Shown: positions 57,408 through 64,000 of the stretch, piece by piece
Position numbering within the stretch: position 1 is the stretch's first letter
Layout of the letters: every line of letters begins with the position of its first letter
DNA from: a virus
Taxonomy: Duplodnaviria; Heunggongvirae; Uroviricota; Caudoviricetes
DNA length: 64,000 nt
Virus record (IMG/VR): IMGVR_UViG_3300020577_006051
Span: 26,245-90,244 of that record
Strand: one strand, 5' to 3'
Translations under genes and position numbers: made by a program
Notes under the pieces: model-generated
Told to the model about the DNA's origin: nothing
Database searches by the model: none
What the model saw: the letters and a program-made list of their open reading frames with translations, nothing else

Positions 57408-57912
57408 CGAATTTATCGCTTATCTTGAAGGGTTTAAGCCTGTCTCTAAGAGAGTGCTACTGATTAAGTCAGATGTAGATAGTGTGTCTCTTCAGCTTGA
57501 AAATTCAAACGTTATGAATCCAAATCCACCAAACGAGATCTTTGATGAGCTGTTGTCTAACTATCGTAAGTATGCTAGTTTATTGCCATCTAAGCAAAAG
57601 GTTGTATTCAGCTATGAGCACATAGTCTCTTCTATGACTCAAGATATATTTAAACAGTTCGTTAGCATCTGGTGTAGAGTCAATAATAAGAAGGAGTTCT
57701 ATCGCACAAATACAGGTAAAAATTCAAGACAGATCGAGAATCTTTCTGAAAAAATACTTGGATTATACTTTAAAAATCATACCGAAGGTATATTGACACG
57801 ATACAAGCTCGGATCAAATCCACAATTAGACAAACAACTCTCCAAACAATTTGAGGACATGGTAAATGGTAACAAACAAAACCGGTCGCGTTCTAACAGA
57901 TCAAGATATTAA
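57394..57912 (+). CDS. hypothetical protein
   Basis: 172-aa ORF. Confidence 0.5.
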   Translation: MKMYNEFIAYLEGFKPVSKRVLLIKSDVDSVSLQLENSNVMNPNPPNEIFDELLSNYRKYASLLPSKQKVVFSYEHIVSSMTQDIFKQFVSIWCRVNNKKEFYRTNTGKNSRQIENLSEKILGLYFKNHTEGILTRYKLGSNPQLDKQLSKQFEDMVNGNKQNRSRSNRSRY

Positions 57913-58264
57913 GAAATATGAGCCGATGATCGAACGTTACATCCGTGATTACGTCATCAAGAATTGGAAAGAAGCAAAAGCGGGCAAGAACAACGGTGAG
58001 ATCAGTCTGGGTAACACCGGCATGACTGTCAACGATATTCGTCAACATCTCAAGGCTGAACTCTGTATTGCCCTCTACAACTTCAATCCTAATTATGTAA
58101 CCAAAGAAGGTCGCACAGTTAAAGAGTCGACTTTTGTATATCGTCACATCTTCAACCGTATCGGTCAAACATTGAAGCGTTTGACTAAGAAACGTTACGG
58201 TTACGGCGTTCGAACAGCAAACATCGATGACATTCTCAATGAGAATTACGGAGATGAAGTGTGA
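57866..58264 (+). CDS. candidate late sigma factor (T4 gp55-like)
   Basis: ALYNFNPNYVTKEGRTVKESTFVYRHIFNRIGQTLKRLTKKRY resembles gp55 [34 protein letters not shown]. Confidence 0.4.
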   Translation: MVTNKTGRVLTDQDIKKYEPMIERYIRDYVIKNWKEAKAGKNNGEISLGNTGMTVNDIRQHLKAELCIALYNFNPNYVTKEGRTVKESTFVYRHIFNRIGQTLKRLTKKRYGYGVRTANIDDILNENYGDEV

Positions 58265-58983
58265 GTGGCAAACTATCGCTAGCTATCATGAATGATCAAG
58301 AACCAATTGCCTACAATGCAGAAGTGGTTTTTAAAAATGTAATGGGTCAGATAGCTAGTGGTATTTTGTTGCAGGACGATAGTTGGTGTGATGTTCATGA
58401 ATTTGAAGTAGTTTCTTACAATAGTAGTTCAGTATTCTTCCCAAAGAAAGGTGAAATCATAGCTGGTTCAGCAGTTAGTTCCACCTGGTCCAATTTGTCG
58501 CCTTCAGACATGGATGTGTATTTCAATACCTACGATCAAATCGTTGAATTTGTAAGGGCTAATGAAGGTCGCAATCTTTTAGATACAGAAATACAAGCTC
58601 TAAATAAAAGCAAAAATGTTCACATAAGTTTCGGTCGCACAGTCATTAATGCAATACTTTATGACTTTAAGTCTGAAATCGACATCATCAGCAAGTTCGA
58701 CATCAGAGCTTCGTCCATGGCATTCAATCCACAAACTAGTAAATTATTCACTATCAATAGTGCAATAGAAGACGCTATGGCTAGAAGAATAGTATTCAAT
58801 CCATTCCCTAATCGGACTTCATTGTGCAGGTTATTGAAGTATATTCAGAAAGGTTACGAGATCGACAGATATCAAATGGCGGTCTTTACAGAACTTATCA
58901 AGAATCCAACAATACATAACGCAACAGTAGAACTAACTACTGGCCAATATGGAGCAATCACAGACGATGAAATCCCATTCTAA
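58261..58983 (+). CDS. hypothetical protein
   Basis: 240-aa ORF upstream of dCMP hydroxymethylase. Confidence 0.5.
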   Translation: MSGKLSLAIMNDQEPIAYNAEVVFKNVMGQIASGILLQDDSWCDVHEFEVVSYNSSSVFFPKKGEIIAGSAVSSTWSNLSPSDMDVYFNTYDQIVEFVRANEGRNLLDTEIQALNKSKNVHISFGRTVINAILYDFKSEIDIISKFDIRASSMAFNPQTSKLFTINSAIEDAMARRIVFNPFPNRTSLCRLLKYIQKGYEIDRYQMAVFTELIKNPTIHNATVELTTGQYGAITDDEIPF

Positions 58984-59740
58984 TGTTCATGAGGCATATC
59001 TCAGCACCCTAAAAGACGTCTGGTTCAATCCTGAACACAAATCTGCACCACGTGGTTTGGCAATCAGAGAATGTCTCGATTATTCTTTTAGGATCACGAA
59101 TCCTGTGGCAGAACCAATCGTCACGAACGATCTTGAGCGCAATAAGACTATCGCAGAGTACACAGCAAAAGAAGTAGCGTTATATGACAGCTGCTCCAAT
59201 AAAGTAGAAGATTTTGCCAAAGCTAGTAAGTTCTGGAACCAGATCGCTAATCCAGATGGCACGATCAACTCTGCTTATGGTTATCTGATCTGGAAAAATC
59301 GCAGCTGCGGCAATGCTTATTACCAATTTAGCGGCAACGGTGGACCAACGTTGATACCTGCAGAATTTAACATCGGTATGCATACTCCATGGGAGTGGGC
59401 TAAGCAAAGTCTTATCAAGGATAAAGATACTCGTCAAGCTATCTTGCGCTTCAGCTTACCTGAACATCAGTGGGAAGGCGTTAAGGACTTTACCTGTACC
59501 ATGTATGGCAACTTCTTAATAAGAGATGATAAATTACATTTTAGTGTCTTTATGAGAAGCAACGATATGGTAAAAGGTTTCACATACGATGTTCCGTGGT
59601 TTATTAGCTTAATGGATCGAATGATCGAAGAATTAAAACCTACATATCCAGATCTAACTAAAGGTAACTATACTCACACTGCAAATAGTATTCATGTGTA
59701 TGAAAAAGACGAACAAATTGTTTTAAAGATGTTAGGTTGA
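58949..59740 (+). CDS. dCMP hydroxymethylase (T4 gp42-like, thymidylate-synthase fold)
   Basis: FWNQIANPDGTINSAYGYLIW, DFTCTMYGNFLIRDDKL (Cys183), FMRSNDMVKGFTYDVPWF with Asp214; C-to-D spacing 31 as in T4 gp42. Confidence 0.8.
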   Translation: MEQSQTMKSHSNVHEAYLSTLKDVWFNPEHKSAPRGLAIRECLDYSFRITNPVAEPIVTNDLERNKTIAEYTAKEVALYDSCSNKVEDFAKASKFWNQIANPDGTINSAYGYLIWKNRSCGNAYYQFSGNGGPTLIPAEFNIGMHTPWEWAKQSLIKDKDTRQAILRFSLPEHQWEGVKDFTCTMYGNFLIRDDKLHFSVFMRSNDMVKGFTYDVPWFISLMDRMIEELKPTYPDLTKGNYTHTANSIHVYEKDEQIVLKMLG

Positions 59741-60180
59741 TAATGACTAGAGGTAAACCAAGAAATTACATTTGTGAAGTATGCAGCAAAGAATTTGTAG
59801 CTCATAGAAGTGATAAAAGATACTGTGGACACAACTGTATGCGGAATAGTGTTCAAAACAAAAAATATCTTGCTAATTTTGCCAGAAATAGTGGTGGGAA
59901 ATGGGCTGCAATCAAACATAAAGCAAGTAAATTCAATGTTCCGCTAACTCTAACTTTAGAAGAATGTAAAATACTATGGTTAAAACCTTGTGAATATTGT
60001 GGTAAAGAAATTAATTCTACTGGCGTAAGTTTAGATCGTTTAGATAATAGTGGTGGTTACACAAAAGACAATGTAGTTCCTTGTTGTGGGCCATGCAATA
60101 AAATTAAAAATATTTACTTAACCCACGACGAAATGAAAGCTGCAATGGAAGCTGTTTTAAAATTAAGAGGTAATCAATGA
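59737..60180 (+). CDS. HNH homing endonuclease, HNH_3 family
   Basis: Zn ribbon CEVC...CGHNC; CEYCGKE...SLDRLDNSGGYTKDNVVPCCGPCNKIKN; AT-rich. Confidence 0.8.
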   Translation: MIMTRGKPRNYICEVCSKEFVAHRSDKRYCGHNCMRNSVQNKKYLANFARNSGGKWAAIKHKASKFNVPLTLTLEECKILWLKPCEYCGKEINSTGVSLDRLDNSGGYTKDNVVPCCGPCNKIKNIYLTHDEMKAAMEAVLKLRGNQ

Positions 60181-60494
60181 AAATCTTTGTTTGTTCACCT
60201 TATCGTGGTGATGTTAAAAACAACGTTAAGAACGCGCAAGATTATTGCAAATGGGTCGTTAAGCAAGGCCACATTCCATTCGCTCCTCACCTTATCTATC
60301 CGCAGTTTCTAGATGACAATGTTGAATCAGAACGTAACGCCGGTATTCAAGCTGGTAAAACTTTCATGCTTGACTGTGATGCTGTGTGGGTTTTTGGCAG
60401 CAAGATGACTTCTGGAATGAAGCACGAAGTTAACTATGCTCAAGAGAATGACATCGAAGTTCGTTTCTTTCATGATGAGGAACTTAGTTTATGA
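60177..60494 (+). CDS. DUF4406 / nucleoside 2-deoxyribosyltransferase-fold protein
   Basis: MKIFVCSPYRGD ... LDCDAVWVFGSKMTSGMKHEVNYAQENDIEV matches the DxCDAVxxLxGWxxSxGAxxE pattern. Confidence 0.55.
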   Translation: MKIFVCSPYRGDVKNNVKNAQDYCKWVVKQGHIPFAPHLIYPQFLDDNVESERNAGIQAGKTFMLDCDAVWVFGSKMTSGMKHEVNYAQENDIEVRFFHDEELSL

Positions 60495-61012
60495 GTTTGT
60501 GGGAACAACTATTTGGATCCAAAATAGAAGATAATTCTCAGCAGCAGTTAACTACTAGCACACAAGGTACACAATTGCAAATAACTACACCAAACTACAG
60601 TACCCCCAACATGCAAATTCCTGGTGGTTTCGTAATCAACAGAGATCCACCAAGAACACCACAAGAGATCGAAGATCTTAAGAACAGTTACGCAACAGAT
60701 CGCAATAACGTATTTAAGGCGTTACCGTCAAGTGCTAGAGAGCTGTTGATCAATAAAGCAACAATTAAAAATGCCAAACATAAACTTGCTCAATTAGAGC
60801 GATCTCATGAATGGCAGCGTTATCAAAAAGAACAGCAGTGGGAAATGTTTGGCAGAATGTCTGGCAAATCACCCATTGACTTTTTCCATAATGGATACTC
60901 TTCAATGATTGGATATCCACTTTCAGTTGACGAGTATGATCTTGGATTCTCTTTAGAAGAGATGATAAAACTACACACAGAAGCCACAGTAGAAGAAAAT
61001 TTAATGGGTTAA
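60491..61012 (+). CDS. hypothetical protein
   Basis: 173-aa ORF. Confidence 0.5.
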   Translation: MSLWEQLFGSKIEDNSQQQLTTSTQGTQLQITTPNYSTPNMQIPGGFVINRDPPRTPQEIEDLKNSYATDRNNVFKALPSSARELLINKATIKNAKHKLAQLERSHEWQRYQKEQQWEMFGRMSGKSPIDFFHNGYSSMIGYPLSVDEYDLGFSLEEMIKLHTEATVEENLMG

Positions 61013-61014
61013 TA

Positions 61015-61887
61015 ATGACTATATCTGAAACAACTAAACATAAACTAGACTTAATTAAGCAGGTTATGAAGGATCAGTTTGATCGTGATCCTAAAAACCA
61101 AAAACTATTATTAAAGTGGGCTGCTCAATATAGTGGACTTAAAGTTGGGGATATTTTAGTTGCTAAATCAGGCAATCTTGAAATTCAAAACACAAATAAA
61201 GCTGTCAGAAAATTTAAAGTATTAGATATAGATCAAGATACTGAAATCTTATTAGCTGGCGAAATCATCATCCCCAACAAAATAGGAACAGTATTTCCGC
61301 TATTTTATTATGACACAGACAGTCTTACTTACGGTGGATGGACAGGTTTTCCACGAATGTTGACTTACTATATTTCTTTCAAAGATCAAGATGGGGTGTA
61401 TTCTTACAAGAACCACTGTCAACTTACATTTGAATTAGATAGTGGTGCTGTATTTCACACCATCTTAGATCAAGAAGGCACTTATGATGCCCTTGAGAAA
61501 AATAAGAGAAACAATGATATCGCAAAAGAAATTAAAGCCTACAACAAAGAAAATCGCATAGTTGATCCAGATCATAAAGCTTCGAGCATTCACACATACT
61601 TAACTAAAGCAGCTCCTGGCGAAGTTATGTGGCGAAGTGCTAAGAATAAATTAACTATTAAAACAATAAAGAAAATTCCTGTTAGCCCCAACAATAGACA
61701 CTCTTGGTATTACATGGATAGAGTATTCGACGAAAACAAGGGAAAATATATCAACACTTGGTTCGCACCAAATGATTTTGAAATCACATTCGAAGAGAAT
61801 GATGAAACTTGGATCATAGAAGATTTTCACAATAAAAATCTATTTAGGAATCCACCTCGCTCTCGAAAAGAAATACCAAACGAATAA
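61015..61887 (+). CDS. hypothetical protein
   Basis: 290-aa ORF. Confidence 0.55.
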   Translation: MTISETTKHKLDLIKQVMKDQFDRDPKNQKLLLKWAAQYSGLKVGDILVAKSGNLEIQNTNKAVRKFKVLDIDQDTEILLAGEIIIPNKIGTVFPLFYYDTDSLTYGGWTGFPRMLTYYISFKDQDGVYSYKNHCQLTFELDSGAVFHTILDQEGTYDALEKNKRNNDIAKEIKAYNKENRIVDPDHKASSIHTYLTKAAPGEVMWRSAKNKLTIKTIKKIPVSPNNRHSWYYMDRVFDENKGKYINTWFAPNDFEITFEENDETWIIEDFHNKNLFRNPPRSRKEIPNE

Positions 61888-61920
61888 ATCCGATTCGATC
61901 GATCCCTAAACGGAGGACAC

Positions 61921-62457
61921 ATGGCTAAGAAAGCAAAAACAAGTACGGCGGTTACACCTGTTCCGGTAGTGCCAGTACAAGCACCATTATCTAGTTTACC
62001 GGTTCGCGAAGATGAAGATTTTATTGCTGAGATCGAAACAATGGATCTTAGCGAACTCAAAGACAAAACTTACCTTGTCTCTGTTAACAGAGAAGATCGC
62101 AATAAGGGTTTGTTTCTCTGTACTACGGTTCGTGGACCTTACACCTTCGAAGAGATGTGTGAAGAAGTTGGCCATATGTGGGAAACACAGCAACACCATG
62201 CAAAAGTAGTTATCTGTGAAAAAGATCGCAAAAAACCAATCAAAACCTTAGATGAGAATACTGTAGACTATATTGAAGCTCACTACGCAGACATCATCAC
62301 TGAATCTATGCTAGAAGGTGTATTTGACTCTCAGAAAGAATATACTTGTCGCGCTGGGATCAAGGAACAAGATCTTAAAGAAGAACCTAAGAAGGTTGCT
62401 GAAGTGAAGGCTCTTGGCGAGAAAACTGACATCGACGACGAAGATGAGGACTTTTAA
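61921..62457 (+). CDS. hypothetical acidic protein
   Basis: 178-aa ORF with GGAGG SD. Confidence 0.55.
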   Translation: MAKKAKTSTAVTPVPVVPVQAPLSSLPVREDEDFIAEIETMDLSELKDKTYLVSVNREDRNKGLFLCTTVRGPYTFEEMCEEVGHMWETQQHHAKVVICEKDRKKPIKTLDENTVDYIEAHYADIITESMLEGVFDSQKEYTCRAGIKEQDLKEEPKKVAEVKALGEKTDIDDEDEDF

Positions 62458-62459
62458 TC

Positions 62460-62963
62460 ATGGGTGCCGACATTCATCTCTACATCGAAACTAGATTATC
62501 TCCTAACGATGAGTGGAGCACAGACAACTTTCACAGTCTAGAATCAAGCACGGAAGAAGACGATGAAGGTGAAGAGTATCAAGACACATATCTGATCCCC
62601 AAACACAGCAAGTATCACTATTCCTACGGTGGTCGTAACTATGAGATGTTTGGAATTCTGGCAGATGTTAGAGGTAAAGGTTGTCTCTATCAACCAAGAG
62701 GCATACCTAAAGACGTAGCTAAAAGCACTAAGAAAGAGATCGACCGGATGGATTCAGACGGTCATAGCCATAGCTATTTATCTCTAAAAGAGTTTAAAGA
62801 ATGTCTAAATGTTTACACAAAGGCAACTGATTATCGCGATACAGAATATGAAGCCATATACGACATAGCTTTAGAATGGCTCAACATGGAACAAGCAGAA
62901 GCTAAAATATTAGAAACCGGATTTGAACCTGAAATTAGATTCGTGTTCTTCTTTGATAATTGA
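62460..62963 (+). CDS. hypothetical protein
   Basis: 167-aa ORF. Confidence 0.55.
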   Translation: MGADIHLYIETRLSPNDEWSTDNFHSLESSTEEDDEGEEYQDTYLIPKHSKYHYSYGGRNYEMFGILADVRGKGCLYQPRGIPKDVAKSTKKEIDRMDSDGHSHSYLSLKEFKECLNVYTKATDYRDTEYEAIYDIALEWLNMEQAEAKILETGFEPEIRFVFFFDN

Positions 62964-62970
62964 GGTCCCA

Positions 62971-63324
62971 ATGACAACGTTCGACGACATCGTAAAGAAA
63001 GTTCTAGCAAATAAGAACCCACCTGTCGTAGCAACTATTGACACAACGGTTCCTCCACCTGTTCGTCTTAAAAAAGCTAAGAAGCCTAAACCAAAATCAG
63101 AATTGGTTGGCGAATTTACAGATCAAGATTACCCAATTCAAGAACTAGCACCAGATACAGATCCATGCCAAGTGTGTGGGAAACCCTCCAAAGTTGGAGC
63201 TCACGGAATTCGCGAAGGTAAAGTATATAGTGAATACTACTGTTTTGCACATTACAATGCAAAACCAGGCACAACCTTAACAAGAGAAAGCGAAGAACCA
63301 GATGAACAAGCTCCCAGTACTTGA
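62971..63324 (+). CDS. hypothetical protein with CxxC ... C ... H cluster
   Basis: in frame with listed 62923..63324; ATG at 62971 follows a GAGGT SD. Confidence 0.45.
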   Translation: MTTFDDIVKKVLANKNPPVVATIDTTVPPPVRLKKAKKPKPKSELVGEFTDQDYPIQELAPDTDPCQVCGKPSKVGAHGIREGKVYSEYYCFAHYNAKPGTTLTRESEEPDEQAPST

Positions 63325-63829
63325 TGATGGTTACGTAACACTACTCTCCAGTACGATCCCAAACAAAAAATACAAAGATGTCTTAGATAACTTCTTTCAA
63401 GCAACGCCAACAGAGTCATTGCGTCAAGCGTGTTTCTTAGTTATGGCTATTCGCTGTCCTATATTCGTTCAGCTAATATTTGCACAGCACGGTTTAACTC
63501 TGATCTCAACTAGAGACAACAAGTTAACCACCTATAGACCTAACGCTGGTGAAATCGGCGGTTCAGATCACGCCAACAATAAGATGATCGCAGAAGATAT
63601 TGCAGCAACTTCAGAAGCTCTAACTGTCAACCCAAATGCTTATCAAGCTGATGGATGTGACAAATTCATATCACAGATTATTCTCCCTATCAGCACTTAC
63701 TCTACATTTATCGTGAGTGGTACATTAGACAAGTGGCAAAAATTCTATACAAATCAGAATGTGCCTGCGCCAATTAAGAGTTATGCTATGGTTATTGAAC
63801 AAGTAGTGAGAGCAGAATACAATGTCTAA
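63302..63829 (+). CDS. divergent ThyX-fold protein lacking the catalytic RHR..S motif
   Basis: LPVLDDGYVTLL / DILDKGFVELV; RCPIFVQLIFAQHGLTLIS aligns to KAPIFVARQWFRHRIAS with no RHR; ILPISTYSTFIVS matches VLPLNLYTRFFWT. Confidence 0.55.
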   Translation: MNKLPVLDDGYVTLLSSTIPNKKYKDVLDNFFQATPTESLRQACFLVMAIRCPIFVQLIFAQHGLTLISTRDNKLTTYRPNAGEIGGSDHANNKMIAEDIAATSEALTVNPNAYQADGCDKFISQIILPISTYSTFIVSGTLDKWQKFYTNQNVPAPIKSYAMVIEQVVRAEYNV

Positions 63830-64000
63830 GAAAAAGAACACCGGTATTAAAATTCCAACTGAAAACATGGTTGAAGAAATCTCATACAGAGATGTAGAGT
63901 TCGTTTGTCCAGTTCGTGGCAAAGTAACTCAAAAGGTCAAAGTAGTTAAGCTAAAACCATACATTCCTAGCACCAAGGATGTAACTATGACTAGCGATCC
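63822..64000 (+). CDS. hypothetical protein (5' partial, runs off window)
   Basis: ATG at 63822 overlapping the upstream stop; open to window end. Confidence 0.45.
   Translation, partial: MSKKKNTGIKIPTENMVEEISYRDVEFVCPVRGKVTQKVKVVKLKPYIPSTKDVTMTSD

Overview
The window reads as a contiguous stretch of a virulent-type, tailed bacteriophage genome. The host is probably Gram-negative: several genes have lipoprotein lipoboxes, and one gene has an outer-membrane beta-barrel-like C-terminal tail. About 130 mostly small genes sit almost exclusively on the plus strand with overlapping ATGA-type stop/start junctions. A few minus-strand genes interrupt the array: an HNH endonuclease, a class II-like ribonucleotide reductase, an MqsA-like HTH regulator and a ClpP-fold protease. 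No capsid, tail or terminase genes are visible, so this looks like a replication, nucleotide-metabolism and accessory region.

Recognisable content:
- Homing endonucleases: at least ten genes (HNH, a CxCDCG/HNH_3 family, GIY-YIG, endonuclease VII). They are consistently more AT-rich than their flanks. One is truncated and one has lost its cysteines.
- RNA repair: a T4-type polynucleotide kinase/phosphatase plus an Rnl2-like RNA ligase, joined by a PTH2 peptidyl-tRNA hydrolase.
- DNA replication and nucleotide metabolism: ATP-dependent DNA ligase, RNase H, a DnaQ-like exonuclease and a class II-like RNR.
- Cytosine modification: a T4 gp42-like dCMP hydroxymethylase with the cytosine-specifying Asp, which predicts 5-hmC DNA. 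Next to it lies a DUF4406/nucleoside-deoxyribosyltransferase-fold gene. Two divergent ThyX-fold genes are present; one is fused to an HNH nuclease and both lack the canonical RHR motif.
- Polysaccharide synthesis: a membrane processive GT2 synthase (QxxRW) followed by a secreted beta-barrel-like protein.
- Other accessory genes: a SET-domain methyltransferase next to an SPFH lipoprotein and a PQ-loop protein, a MoxR AAA+/VWA-metallopeptidase pair, and an MgtC-like protein flanked by paralogs.
- Proteases and envelope: two ClpP-fold proteases, a trypsin-like protease, a PDZ protein, a lytic transglycosylase with small membrane proteins (possible lysis cluster), and a collagen-repeat lipoprotein.
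- Regulation: a gp55-like late sigma.

A conserved intergenic 16-mer, CTGACACTGCTACGCC, recurs at least five times, with two further degenerate copies. It is probably a phage promoter or regulatory box. No rRNA, tRNA or CRISPR was found.
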